64,000 bases of DNA from Candidatus Magasanikiibacteriota bacterium (GCA_030650025.1 JAUSEN010000008.1:1164-65163), one strand, 5' to 3'. Positions 24,716-34,794 are shown, numbered from the stretch's first letter. Notes: generated by a model from the sequence alone, not told the origin. Translations and numbers: made by a program.

Positions 24716-26893
24716 TTATTTGATTGGTTCGACAGTTGGCATGCCCCCGGCAGTATTTATTTTATAACGGATACCATTTTTAGTTCCTATAAAATAATTT
24801 AAATTATCATGGTCCGGTCTTAACTCGCTAAAACCGCCGAGCAAGACTTTATCGTTTTTATTAATTATGACCCATTCATTATCAATTTGCGCGCCAGTTA
24901 AACCATTTCTAAAATTCCAAACTTTTTCATAGCCGCGCGTTATCAAGCGTTGTTTAGCCAGGTCAAAAAAATGCCATTTATAATCGGGCGACAATACCGC
25001 GGCTAAACCGTCATGAAGTTCTGATACTACGAAAAATGGCCCGCCAATAATTCTAAAATTTTCATTTACTAAGAACCGATTGTAATGTTTATCCCGCACC
25101 AGACTAATCCCTTGTTGTAAATATTGCGGAGTTCCAATACTTTCAAATCCATCGGAACCAATTAGATCGGCTGCATTAACAATATTTGCATTAATAAAAA
25201 AATATTTATCCCCGATTTTATGCAAGGTACTCAGTATTTCATTTTCATCTAAATCAACTTTAAAACGCCGTCCATTTTTTTCTACCACAGCCGTGCCATC
25301 CGGGTAAGCCTCGGCCCAGTCATATTCACCCGCGGCCTGCCGCATAAAATTACGATACACAAAAAACCACTTTTTGCCATTGCGTACCGCCGCCCGACCG
25401 CCATTAAAATCTTTAATCTCATCAAAACCATTTCTAAAACCAAAAGTTTCAATACCTTTAAGGCGTTTATCAAAAAAATACCAACGCTTACCTATTTGCA
25501 CTTTATTCATCCCCTCAAATGAACGAGCGCCAACGGCATCAAATGAATTTTTTCCCTCATCATCACCACCAACAAAAAAAGTTTGTGAAAAATTTTCATC
25601 TAGAAAAACCCATTTACCTTTGCTCTTAATTGCCACCATTCCATCGCTAAATTCCCCTACCTTTTCAAAATTTGGGCTCACTCTCTTCCCGGCATTATCT
25701 ACAAAATAATAGCGTTCACCAATTTTTACGGATCTATATTTGCTGGATTTGCTGGTTGCAATCTCAATTTCTATAGTGTGCGCGCTGGCTCGCCTGTCTT
25801 CGGCTTGTTCATACGTCATTGTCACTGGTGGCAATTTTCCGCCCGGCGGAAGATATACATCAGAATCCTTGGGCGAACCGGCTGGCTCTACCCCATCAGG
25901 AAGCAGCGCGTCTTCAAAACCATCGGTAATGGACGGCGCCGGAGAATCAAGTGGAGTTTCATCGGCATAGCCAACGCCAGCCTTGGCCTCGCCCCTTCTG
26001 GCAATATCGAGGTGCGCCGATAAATAATTCGTGGCTGGCACAAATACCGTGCCATCGGTTTCTTTAGGGTCAAGCGGCAACAAAGTATTTTCTAGAGAAT
26101 ACCAAATGCCACCAATTTGCGCCACCACCCGCCGATGGCCAAATTTATTTTTCTTGTTACGCTTAAATACTTGCAGTTTAACCGGCAATTCCGGATACAC
26201 CGCGGTAATAAACGCCAAATGGTGCTTTTCGCGGAACCAGCAGTCGCCCTCCTTCTCCTTGCCTAATTTTTTTTCGCGGGAAGTTAAAATACCGCCGGAT
26301 AAAAACGGCTGATCGTAATGATAAGCGCCCTTGCTATTAAGAATTTCCTGAATAACACGAAATATATTTGCGTCTTTTTTGGCCAACTCTTGATAGCGAG
26401 CGGCCTCGGCTTGCAGGACATCCATTTTTTCCTCCGCCTCCTTCGGAGATAGTACGCCACGCGCTACTTCGGACTGTAAAAAAAACCTGCCCCATTCAAC
26501 TTTGGATTCTTGTCCTTCCTTAACTTCAACTCTACCATCTTTAGTTCTTACCAGCTCCAAGCCATTAATTCCCAAACCTTTATCTGTCAGAGGCTTACCC
26601 TCGCGGAGCGCTTCGGCCATTTTTTGCTGAGCCGTAGCCTTGAGTTGATCTGGTGTTTTACTTCCAAACCTATTCCAACCCCGCTCTACCATGCTCCCAA
26701 GCGATCGTAAGTGGGGAGCGCCTTGCGACGCTTCGTACGCCGCGCCGTGGAACGCGCCTGACAAACCAACTGCCCCCAGAAAAAGCTTCTGCCGACGCAA
26801 AAACCCACCTGGCCGAGGGGCTTTAGACTCGGCCGGAGCGACGGTTGGAATTTCGCCATGTGGTTGTTCTTTCATAATCGCTAATTTTGCCAA
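24716..26893 (-). CDS. Membrane-anchored protein with C-terminal WG-type (KWGFID-like) beta repeats
   Basis: N-terminal TM anchor GGFLRRQKLFLGAVGLSGAF. Repeated GKW(V/Y/F)F(L/F/V)D motifs, e.g. KGKWVFLDENF, GKRWYFFDKR, NGKKWFFVYRN. Confidence 0.5.
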   Translation of the reverse strand: MAKLAIMKEQPHGEIPTVAPAESKAPRPGGFLRRQKLFLGAVGLSGAFHGAAYEASQGAPHLRSLGSMVERGWNRFGSKTPDQLKATAQQKMAEALREGKPLTDKGLGINGLELVRTKDGRVEVKEGQESKVEWGRFFLQSEVARGVLSPKEAEEKMDVLQAEAARYQELAKKDANIFRVIQEILNSKGAYHYDQPFLSGGILTSREKKLGKEKEGDCWFREKHHLAFITAVYPELPVKLQVFKRNKKNKFGHRRVVAQIGGIWYSLENTLLPLDPKETDGTVFVPATNYLSAHLDIARRGEAKAGVGYADETPLDSPAPSITDGFEDALLPDGVEPAGSPKDSDVYLPPGGKLPPVTMTYEQAEDRRASAHTIEIEIATSKSSKYRSVKIGERYYFVDNAGKRVSPNFEKVGEFSDGMVAIKSKGKWVFLDENFSQTFFVGGDDEGKNSFDAVGARSFEGMNKVQIGKRWYFFDKRLKGIETFGFRNGFDEIKDFNGGRAAVRNGKKWFFVYRNFMRQAAGEYDWAEAYPDGTAVVEKNGRRFKVDLDENEILSTLHKIGDKYFFINANIVNAADLIGSDGFESIGTPQYLQQGISLVRDKHYNRFLVNENFRIIGGPFFVVSELHDGLAAVLSPDYKWHFFDLAKQRLITRGYEKVWNFRNGLTGAQIDNEWVIINKNDKVLLGGFSELRPDHDNLNYFIGTKNGIRYKINTAGGMPTVEPIK

Positions 26894-27041
26894 AAGCGTA
26901 TTTTACCAAAAACGTAAGTTCTAAACAAAAAAATATGCACACTCTGCCCACATTTTAGGCCATTACCTCTCTTGTTTATTTTCACTGGTTAGTTTAACAT
27001 AACCTGGCTTTTAATTCTACCTAATTTTACAACCACTGCTT

Positions 27042-28469
27042 ATGCCGCCCCTCTCCGAAATAGACAAAATCCCCCCCCAGAGCCTGGACGCGGAAATGTC
27101 CCTTCTAGGCTCAATTCTTCTTGACAAAGAAGCGATGCTTAAAGTAGCCGACATTGTTACTGCCGAAGATTTTTATAAAGACGCGCATAGTAAAATTTTT
27201 GAATCAATTTCCGAACTCTACTCCAAAAATGAGCCTTTAGACCTCTTGACGCTAAGTAACCGGCTCGAAGAAAAGAACCAGCTAGAAGCCATCGGCGGCC
27301 GCAGTTACCTAGCCAGCCTCACCAACGCCGTGCCCACCGCCTCGAACGTGGTTCATTACGCTCATATCGTGCACCGCAAAGCCACGCGCCGGCGCTTGTT
27401 AACGGCTTCCCACAATATCGCGCAACTGTCTTACGAAGAAGGAGTGGACGACATTGAACAAATTTTAGACAACGCCCAAAAACACTTATTTGGCGTCTCC
27501 AATATTTATTTCAAACAGGGTTTTACCCCTATTCGTGGCGTTTTGGCCGATGCGTTTGACCGCATTGACGAACTCCACAAAAATAAAGGGCAATTACGCG
27601 GCCTCGCGACCGGTTTTAGAGCGCTTGATAATTTATTAGCCGGTTTCCAAAAATCCGATCTTATTGTTATTGCCGCGCGCCCGTCCGTTGGTAAAACTTC
27701 GTTCGCTCTGGATATTGTCCGCCACGTGGCCACCAAAAGCCGCGTACCAGTGGGGCTCTTCTCTCTCGAAATGAGCAAAGAACAGCTGGTGGACCGCTTG
27801 CTCTGCTCCGAAGCTAATGTCGACCTCTGGCGCATGCGCACCGGCCGCCTCAATGACCGGCCCGAAGCCGACGACTTCCCCAAAATCGGCCACGCCATCG
27901 GCGTCTTATCCGAATCGCCTATTTTTATCGACGATTCTCCTAATATCAACATTATGCAAATTCGCACCAAAGCGCGCCGTTTGCAAGTGGAACATGGCTT
28001 AGGAATGATCGTGGTTGATTATTTACAACTCATGGAATCGCGCGGCAGTATTGAAAACCGCGTGCAAGAAGTGGCCGAAATTACCAGAGGTTTGAAAGGC
28101 ATTGCCCGCGAACTGAACGTGCCGGTCGTGGCTCTCTCCCAGCTATCGCGCGTCGTGGAGCAAAGCAAGCCGGCGATCCCCAAACTTTCTCACCTGCGCG
28201 AGTCTGGTTCTATCGAGCAAGACGCGGACGTGGTATTATTTATTTACCGCAAAGCCGCGGATCGCGGCTACCGCGCCGAGGACATTCCGCCCGACGAGCG
28301 TAATATTGCCGAAATCCACATTGCCAAGCACCGCAACGGCCCGACTGGCCTGGTAAAAATGATTTTCAACGAACCACTCGCTTCGTTTCGCAACCTGGAA
28401 AGTAAAATTGTGGATACAGCGGCTGGCTCCGCCCCCCTGAAACCCAAATCCGCCTTTACTAATAATTAA
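27042..28469 (+). CDS. dnaB: Replicative DNA helicase DnaB
   Basis: DnaB N-domain ...PQSLDAEMSLLGSILLD.... Walker A ARPSVGKTSFALD, Walker B MIVVDYLQLM, RecA-like ...ALSQLSR.... No intein. Confidence 0.9.
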   Translation: MPPLSEIDKIPPQSLDAEMSLLGSILLDKEAMLKVADIVTAEDFYKDAHSKIFESISELYSKNEPLDLLTLSNRLEEKNQLEAIGGRSYLASLTNAVPTASNVVHYAHIVHRKATRRRLLTASHNIAQLSYEEGVDDIEQILDNAQKHLFGVSNIYFKQGFTPIRGVLADAFDRIDELHKNKGQLRGLATGFRALDNLLAGFQKSDLIVIAARPSVGKTSFALDIVRHVATKSRVPVGLFSLEMSKEQLVDRLLCSEANVDLWRMRTGRLNDRPEADDFPKIGHAIGVLSESPIFIDDSPNINIMQIRTKARRLQVEHGLGMIVVDYLQLMESRGSIENRVQEVAEITRGLKGIARELNVPVVALSQLSRVVEQSKPAIPKLSHLRESGSIEQDADVVLFIYRKAADRGYRAEDIPPDERNIAEIHIAKHRNGPTGLVKMIFNEPLASFRNLESKIVDTAAGSAPLKPKSAFTNN

Positions 28470-28475
28470 TTTTCT

Positions 28476-28778
28476 ATGTCCATGCTCTCTAAACTCAAAC
28501 AATTCAAAGATCTGCGCAGCCAAGGCAAAAAAATGCAAGGGCTCATGAAGGATGTATCCGCGACCGGCACTGGCGCGGGCAACAAAGTGGTGCTCATCAT
28601 GGACGGGAATTTTAGTATTTCCGGACTTACCATTGACCCCGAACTTTTAAACCCGGACAACAAAAACAAACTAGAAGAAGCCATTAAATCCGCCCACAGC
28701 GACGCCATGCGCCAAATTCAGAAACAAATGATGGCTAAAATGCAAGCTTCTCCCGACATGAAACTGCCGGGGATGTAA
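28476..28778 (+). CDS. ybaB: YbaB/EbfC-family nucleoid-associated protein
   Basis: 100 aa. KKMQGLMKD...GTGAGNKVVLIMDGNFSISGLTIDPELL...EEAIKSAHSDA matches the YbaB pattern. Conserved ybaB-recR pair. Confidence 0.85.
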   Translation: MSMLSKLKQFKDLRSQGKKMQGLMKDVSATGTGAGNKVVLIMDGNFSISGLTIDPELLNPDNKNKLEEAIKSAHSDAMRQIQKQMMAKMQASPDMKLPGM

Positions 28779-28787
28779 TTAACTTGT

Positions 28788-28817
28788 AGTAGGGGCATGA
28801 TATATCATGCCCCTACT
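28788..28817. repeat. Perfect 30-nt palindrome AGTAGGGGCATGATATATCATGCCCCTACT
   Basis: Core GGGGCATGATATATCATGCCCC is identical to 37239-37260. No flanking T-run on either strand here. Confidence 0.6.
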
Positions 28818-28841
28818 CACGCCTAGTCAGCTTCTCGAAAC

Positions 28842-29444
28842 ATGTACTCCCCTGCCATAGACAAATTAATTTTAGCGTTAAAAAAGCTTCCGGGCGTGGG
28901 GCGCCAAACCGCGGAGCGTTATGTTTTTCATTTTTTAAAATCCGGCAAAAAAGAAGTGGCGGAACTGACGCTCGCCCTCAAGGACTTGATGACTACCACC
29001 CAAAGCTGCCAAATTTGCTGGAATTTTAGCGACCAAAACCCCTGCGCGCGCTGCTCTCAACCCAAACGCAATCAAGCAATCATCTGCGTGGTGGCCGAAC
29101 CGCAAGACTTGGCTGTCATTGAAGCGACGCAAGCCCATCAGGGCTCTTACCATGTGCTGCGAGGTTTAATCGACGCCTCGGACGAAGAATCAGTTTTAAA
29201 AACAAAAATCGCGGACTTGCTGGCGCGCTGTCAAATTAACACCAGAATTAAAATATCCGAGGTTATTCTCGCCTTGAATCCCAATCTCGCTGGTGAAACT
29301 ACGATGCTGTATTTAGAAAAGAAATTACGCGAACAAAACCTCACTCTCAAAATTACTCGCCTGGCGCGCGGCCTTCCGCTCGGATCCGACATCCGCTACG
29401 CCGACGAACTGACGCTTCTCTCGGCTATTAAAAACCGGACTTAA
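28842..29444 (+). CDS. recR: Recombination protein RecR
   Basis: HhH ...LPGVGRQTAERYVFH.... C4 zinc finger CQICWNFSDQNPCARC. Toprim ...IICVVAEPQDLAVIE.... Confidence 0.9.
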   Translation: MYSPAIDKLILALKKLPGVGRQTAERYVFHFLKSGKKEVAELTLALKDLMTTTQSCQICWNFSDQNPCARCSQPKRNQAIICVVAEPQDLAVIEATQAHQGSYHVLRGLIDASDEESVLKTKIADLLARCQINTRIKISEVILALNPNLAGETTMLYLEKKLREQNLTLKITRLARGLPLGSDIRYADELTLLSAIKNRT

Positions 29445-29449
29445 AAAAT

Positions 29450-29989
29450 ATGAAAGACAGAATATCATTATCAGAATGGTTTGCGCAAGGAGAAAAAATT
29501 AAACGCGGCGGCGAACCACCGGATAATTTTCGTAAAGAGGTTCAGCTGATAGTGCCGGACGACGCCGGCTGGCAACTACCAGGGGAAGTAGCGCGAAGCA
29601 CTCAAGAATACTCCGGGCCAAGTGAAAGTTTAAGCGTCTCCGATGCTCTAAGACGGCTAGCTGCCGAGATTGAATTGATACGGGAAGATAAAATAACTTT
29701 ACAGTCCGGAGAAACTTTCCCCGGCCATAACGCCCGCTTGCTGTTGGAGAGGATCGGAAATGTGGTCTTCCATAAAACTCGCCGATCTTCAGAATCTCTA
29801 AATGAAGATCTGCAAATACCGCAAGAGATTTGGAACAAACAGGCAACTCTGGCGGAACGACTGGCATATGTTAAGGATATAAAAAAACGACTCAGCAGAC
29901 TACTCGGAGAAATTTCCGCGGAAATTGCCAGGCAGGCGGAATCAAAAGAATCGACGCACAAACCATTCCCCGATATTCTGCCTGATTAA
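29450..29989 (+). CDS. Hypothetical protein
   Basis: 179-aa ORF downstream of recR with a 5-nt gap. No recognisable motif. Confidence 0.4.
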   Translation: MKDRISLSEWFAQGEKIKRGGEPPDNFRKEVQLIVPDDAGWQLPGEVARSTQEYSGPSESLSVSDALRRLAAEIELIREDKITLQSGETFPGHNARLLLERIGNVVFHKTRRSSESLNEDLQIPQEIWNKQATLAERLAYVKDIKKRLSRLLGEISAEIARQAESKESTHKPFPDILPD

Positions 29990-29997
29990 AAATAAAA

Positions 29998-30030
29998 CCC
30001 GCCTCCAGTCTTAACCGAGAGGCGGATTTT
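29998..30030. terminator. Bidirectional intrinsic terminator between the hypothetical gene (+) and rplU (-)
   Basis: aaaataaaaCCCGCCTCcagtcttaaccgaGAGGCGGatttttttat: a GC stem with an A-run 5' and a T-run 3'. Confidence 0.65.
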
Positions 30031-30042
30031 TTTATATTCGCG

Positions 30043-30348
30043 TTATCCTATCTTCACTTCCGTAAAACGTTGGCGCTGGCCGTGGGTTTTGTGATAGCGC
30101 ACTTTGCGTTTATATTTTTCTACTAAGAGCGTTCGTTCTTTACCTTGCTTCATGACAGTGGCTTGCACACTCGCGCCCGCGACTGTCGGCATACCAACTT
30201 TTACGTTAGAACCATCGTCATCAGCCGTTAATAACACCTTATCAAATACAAAACTTCCTTTTTCCTCGGCTAACAACTTCTCGATTTTCAGAGTCTCACC
30301 GGTTTTTACTAAATATTGTTTACCGCCTGTGGCAATAACTGCGAGCAT
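30043..30348 (-). CDS. rplU: 50S ribosomal protein L21
   Basis: MLAVIATGGKQYLVKTGETLKIEKL...; typical L21. No rpmA (L27) follows. Confidence 0.9.
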   Translation of the reverse strand: MLAVIATGGKQYLVKTGETLKIEKLLAEEKGSFVFDKVLLTADDDGSNVKVGMPTVAGASVQATVMKQGKERTLLVEKYKRKVRYHKTHGQRQRFTEVKIG

Positions 30349-30489
30349 ATTAATATGATTTTTTATTTTTTAACAATCAATTCTGCTCCCCTCTCAGCTG
30401 GGTCAGAATCTAAACTAGGGACTAGTATAATAAAATTAGCCAAAAAAGTCAAGGGCATATTATCAACCCACGCCAAACCGTCTGTTCCA

Positions 30490-30984
30490 TTATTTTACAC
30501 TCTTTACAATCTCCCAAGAATCACCAACTTTTAAACTGTTTTTCTTCGCGAAACCAGCTGATAGTTCCAAGACGGCAGTAGAGGGCGCGCGGCCAAAATA
30601 CGGGGTCAGTTCGGCCTCGCTCTTGCTGGCTTCTGGCTCTACACCCGGAGCAATGTCCACCACTGCTTTGCCATTAAGCCAAACAATATCCAGTGGAAAC
30701 TGCATCGCGCGCATTACCATGGCGTGCTGGCCAACCTCGCTAAAAATAAAAAGCATACCGTCTGCCTTCCCCATATTCTTGTAATCACTCCAACCCTGAT
30801 AGCGCAACGCGGGCGTATCCGCCACTAAAACTTTTAGTTCTGTTCCCGCCAGATTAATTGTAACCAAACGCGGACCGGAAAAAAATATTTTAAAAATAAC
30901 CGCCGACCCCACAATAATCAGCAGTAACACAACCTGCCATTTCTTAAATTCCGATTGCTTTTTAGAGCGAAAAATAAAGCTCAT
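30490..30984 (-). CDS. DUF192-domain protein (COG1430-like)
   Basis: N-terminal TM anchor. ...ADTPALRYQGWSDYKNMGKADGMLFIF...MRAMQFPLDIVWLNGKAVV...VLELSAGF... matches the DUF192 pattern. Confidence 0.65.
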   Translation of the reverse strand: MSFIFRSKKQSEFKKWQVVLLLIIVGSAVIFKIFFSGPRLVTINLAGTELKVLVADTPALRYQGWSDYKNMGKADGMLFIFSEVGQHAMVMRAMQFPLDIVWLNGKAVVDIAPGVEPEASKSEAELTPYFGRAPSTAVLELSAGFAKKNSLKVGDSWEIVKSVK

Positions 30985-32000
30985 AACTTGGACTGCGTGC
31001 TTTTAAAACTAAGAGCAACCGCGAATAACAGAAAACCGACCCCCACGAGTAGCAAAGCTACTAATTTTTGATAGCTCTGGAGCCAGAGACCTAACCACCC
31101 AAATAACACCGCTAGGCCAACGAGGAAAGCTAACACCTGCCACTCGCGCCAACCGCGATCAATCAGGACAAAGTGCAGATGGCTCCGATCACCGCCAAAA
31201 ATTGGCTGGTGAGCGCGCCAACGCACGAACATTACCCGGAGCAAATCCAAAACCGGCACCGCCATCACCAAAAGACCGGTCGCTATTTTACTGCCGGCCA
31301 TAATACTTAAGCCCCCGAGCATTAGCCCCACGAACAGGCTTCCCGCTTCTCCCAAAAAAATCCTGGCTGGCGGTAAATTGAATACCAAAAATCCGGCCAA
31401 GGCCGCCGCCAAGCTTAAAGCCACGTACGCCACGTTCGGTTGATAAAATTTAGTTGTTAAAGTAAGCGCCGCGATGCTCAAAGCTCCGACCAAACCAATG
31501 CTCGTGGCCAGCCCGTCAACGCCGTCCAATATTTTTACGCTAATCGTTGTTAGCATTAACCAAAAGAATACCAGCCCGATGCCAAGGAGCGGATCCACCA
31601 AAAAATAACCGCCCGCGGGGTTAGTAATTTTTTCCACGGGGGCAAAAATTGCCACGAGGAGTGTGGCTACTACCAAAAACGGCAGCCGAATGCCAAACGA
31701 TAAAGTCCAAAAATCATCGGCTAGGCCTAGTAATAAATATATTAAACTGGCGATAAAAAGCGCGTACAAAACCGGCCAAAGCAAAAACATGTCCGCGCGC
31801 GGCTCTATAAAATAAACATAAGCTAATGCTCCCCAAAAAGCTAACCAAATCGGCAGGCCTCCCCACAGCGCCACCGGTCGCTGATGGCGCTTGCGGCCTT
31901 GGTCCGGGGTATCCACAATTTTTAAATATAGCGCTAAGCGCCTGACGCCAAAAGTCAAAATCACTGTTAAAATAAATACCGCTACAGAAACTTCATTCAT
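30981..32000 (-). CDS. Polyprenyl-phosphate N-acetylhexosamine-1-phosphate transferase, MraY/WecA family
   Basis: IVDTPDQGRKRHQRPVALWGG; ADDFWTL; VKILDGVDGLATS; FLGEAGSLFVG. These are the characteristic family motifs. Overlaps the DUF192 gene by 4 nt. Confidence 0.75.
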   Translation of the reverse strand: MNEVSVAVFILTVILTFGVRRLALYLKIVDTPDQGRKRHQRPVALWGGLPIWLAFWGALAYVYFIEPRADMFLLWPVLYALFIASLIYLLLGLADDFWTLSFGIRLPFLVVATLLVAIFAPVEKITNPAGGYFLVDPLLGIGLVFFWLMLTTISVKILDGVDGLATSIGLVGALSIAALTLTTKFYQPNVAYVALSLAAALAGFLVFNLPPARIFLGEAGSLFVGLMLGGLSIMAGSKIATGLLVMAVPVLDLLRVMFVRWRAHQPIFGGDRSHLHFVLIDRGWREWQVLAFLVGLAVLFGWLGLWLQSYQKLVALLLVGVGFLLFAVALSFKSTQSKL

Positions 32001-32002
32001 AA

Positions 32003-34792
32003 TTAAGGCTGTTGAATTAAATTACCCTGGCCATCTAAAATCACGGTATCGCGGCGCTTAAGTTGGCCCTTGAGAATTAGCTCGGCCAGCTTATTTTCTA
32101 CTTTGTCCTCTAACGCCCGCCGCATCGGCCGGGCGCCAAACTCGCTGTCAAACCCAATACTAGCTAAAAAATCCAGGGCGCCCGCGCCAATCTCGAGCTT
32201 GATACCCTTGGCGTCTAAGTCATTAATAATACGCTTGAGCATAAAACCCGCCACCTGCTTAATATCCGCCTCGCTAAGCGGTTTAAATAAAACAATGCCG
32301 TCAAAACGGTTGAGAAATTCCGGTTTAAAATAGTCCCGAAGCTGCCCGTGCAGTAATTTGTTTTTAATCTCTTCGCTCGCAACGCCCATACGCATTTGGT
32401 CGCTCACAAAGCTGGTGCCGGCATTAGAGGTCGCGATTAAAATAATGTTGGTTAAATCCACCACTCGCCCCGTGGAATCTGTTAACCGGCCATCGTCCAT
32501 TACCTGCAAGAATAAATTTAAAATGTCTTTATCGGCTTTTTCAATTTCATCAAGCAAGAGGAGCGTAAACGGATTTTGGCGGATCGCTTCGGTTAAAGCG
32601 CCGCTACCGGGTTGGTTCGGAGCGCCAATCAGGCGGTAAATACTGCTCGCGTCTTGATACTCACTCATGTCTAAGCGCGCCATTTTATTCTCGCCGCCAA
32701 AATAAACTTCGGCAATGGTTTTGGCGAGTTCAGTTTTGCCGACACCGGTTGGCCCTAAAAATAAAAAGTTAGCAATCGGCCGGGTGGCGGCTCTAATTTC
32801 CGCTCGCGCCCGGCGCAGAGCATTAGCGACCAAAGCCACGGCTTCGTCTTGCCCCACTACCCGCTCGTGCATTGTTTTTTCTAAATTCAAAAGCTTAGTC
32901 GATTCATTGGCCGTGAGCGCCGCGAGCGGAATATGAGTCTTCTCGGCTACCACGGCGGCTACTTCTTCGCCTAACACCAGAGCGTGCGCGCCTTTATGAT
33001 TACGCGCGTAAGCCGCTGACTCTGTTAAAATTTCTAACGCCGCACCCGGCAAAGTAACATCGTGCAAATAGCGCTTCGCGTACTGAACCGCCTTTTCAAT
33101 GGCTCCGTAAGAAAAAAATACCTGATTCTTATATTCCAAATAACCAACTTTAGATTCTAAAACTTGAATGGCCTGATTTTCATCCATTTCTCGCACCTCT
33201 ACCTTGGTAAAGGCATTGCTCAAGGCCGAACTGCGAATGGTATGCGTAAAAGCTTCGGTCGTGGTGGTGGCTAGTGTCAAAAATCTCCCGCCGCTGATAA
33301 ATTGGCTAAGGCTCGAGGCCACGTCTAAACTCTGCCCCGCGGCGCCGCCGAGAGACACGCCAATTAATTCGTGAATATTATGCACAAACAAAATAATATT
33401 ACGCGCCCGCGCTATTTCATTCATGATAATCATCAAGCGTTCCAGGGCTTCTTCCGGGCGCGCGCCCGAGAGCAAGGCCGAGGTAGAGAGCCTGATGAGC
33501 CTCTTATCGAAAAGGCGGTTCGGCACATCATTCACTATCATGCGCTTGGCGATGCCATCCACAATACTCTTTTTGCCAACACCATAGTCTCCCACTAATA
33601 AAACGCTTTCTACGCCCCCTTCTACCACCCTAAAAATCTCTTCAATCTCCGGCTCTCGCGCCATGCACTCTTCGGTATAGCCTCGTTGCGCCAAAAGTGT
33701 CAGGTCCTCGCTGAAACGGTCTAAATAAGGGGTGGCGAGAGCCGTCATGGCGCGATCCATGCCGTGCTTGCTACGATGGCGCGCGGCCGAGCGGAATTGC
33801 ACGGCTTCGCGGTGGAGCCGCTCCCGAACCCGGGCCCAAACAATGACATTAATTAATTTTTGCCGGTCAATCCCTAAATCAAACAAAATTTCTTGTAGCG
33901 TTTGCGACCAGGCAATGGCCGCTTCTAAAAGTTCTGTCACGCTCACATACTTCTGATGCTCCTCATAAGCGCGGTTATAAGCCAAAAACAGCACCTGCCA
34001 GGTTTCGGCCAAAATGCTCGGGGCGAGCGCCCGGCTTTGGGTGCTATGATTTTTAAATAAAGATTCTAAAGCTTTCTCCAAAGAGGTTGGCGATACTCCG
34101 AGGCGCACAAAAATATTCCCAATCCGCCCCAAAGACAGCAAGCTATAAAACAAATGCAACGGAGAAACTGCTTGGTGGCCGGATTTCTGTGCCAACCGAA
34201 AAGCTAACCCGATGGCTTGCCTGGCTTCGCCGGTAAAGGTATCGGCAATATTGCGTTTTAATTTATGCGGCAACTTAATGGCATCCGCAAAAGTTTGCGC
34301 CAATGCCTCCTCCGGGGCTCCGGGCAGAGTTTGATCCGGCAAATTATTATAATCGAAGCGCTCTACCTCGGCCGCGATCGCTCGCTCGCGCACGCTGCGG
34401 TACCAAGCATAAGTGAAAAAGAGAAGTCCCAGCCAAAACAAGCCCATTACTTGCTTCGGCAAATTAGTAATAAACCAGAGCGGTCCCAAAGCACTCGCCC
34501 CAATATTTTTTAATAACCCGAGCCTCACGATAATAACGCCCGCCCAAACCCAAAAATTTAAACCAATGGCCAAAACTGTAAAAAACCGCAGACGGTTAAA
34601 TATCCGCCGCGCCCTCTCCAGGGCAAAATTATAAGGCGTCAAGGGGTAGCCCCAATATAAAAAATTGCGGCGTTTAAAAAAACCCACGGTCAAGCCATGG
34701 CAGGACCGGCAAAGTTTGCTTCGGATGCGTCCGCGCCCGGCGCAAACCGCGCAGTAAATCAGCGGCAAGTTAATTTGCTTGGCTAGTTCCAT
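32003..34792 (-). CDS. Clp-family double-AAA+ ATPase (ClpC/ClpB-like) fused to an N-terminal zinc-ribbon plus transmembrane segment
   Basis: N-terminus CAVCAGRGRIRSKLCRSCHG followed by ~3 TM helices. Clp_N repeat ...ARQAIGLAFRLAQKSGHQAVSPLHL.... D1 Walker A LLVGDYGVGKKSIV. D2 VVGQDEAVALVANALRRARAEI..., FLFLGPTGVGKTELAKT, and sensor ...GARPMRRALE. Confidence 0.8.
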   Translation of the reverse strand: MELAKQINLPLIYCAVCAGRGRIRSKLCRSCHGLTVGFFKRRNFLYWGYPLTPYNFALERARRIFNRLRFFTVLAIGLNFWVWAGVIIVRLGLLKNIGASALGPLWFITNLPKQVMGLFWLGLLFFTYAWYRSVRERAIAAEVERFDYNNLPDQTLPGAPEEALAQTFADAIKLPHKLKRNIADTFTGEARQAIGLAFRLAQKSGHQAVSPLHLFYSLLSLGRIGNIFVRLGVSPTSLEKALESLFKNHSTQSRALAPSILAETWQVLFLAYNRAYEEHQKYVSVTELLEAAIAWSQTLQEILFDLGIDRQKLINVIVWARVRERLHREAVQFRSAARHRSKHGMDRAMTALATPYLDRFSEDLTLLAQRGYTEECMAREPEIEEIFRVVEGGVESVLLVGDYGVGKKSIVDGIAKRMIVNDVPNRLFDKRLIRLSTSALLSGARPEEALERLMIIMNEIARARNIILFVHNIHELIGVSLGGAAGQSLDVASSLSQFISGGRFLTLATTTTEAFTHTIRSSALSNAFTKVEVREMDENQAIQVLESKVGYLEYKNQVFFSYGAIEKAVQYAKRYLHDVTLPGAALEILTESAAYARNHKGAHALVLGEEVAAVVAEKTHIPLAALTANESTKLLNLEKTMHERVVGQDEAVALVANALRRARAEIRAATRPIANFLFLGPTGVGKTELAKTIAEVYFGGENKMARLDMSEYQDASSIYRLIGAPNQPGSGALTEAIRQNPFTLLLLDEIEKADKDILNLFLQVMDDGRLTDSTGRVVDLTNIILIATSNAGTSFVSDQMRMGVASEEIKNKLLHGQLRDYFKPEFLNRFDGIVLFKPLSEADIKQVAGFMLKRIINDLDAKGIKLEIGAGALDFLASIGFDSEFGARPMRRALEDKVENKLAELILKGQLKRRDTVILDGQGNLIQQP

Positions 34793-34794
34793 GT

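Noticed and set aside
27042-28469. Possible intein in DnaB
   Set aside because: At 475 aa the protein has a contiguous Walker A / Walker B / RecA fold with no insertion.
30043-30348. Missing rpmA (L27) after rplU as an anomaly
   Set aside because: Gene order varies widely. rpmA may be elsewhere in the genome, and this cannot be judged from one window.
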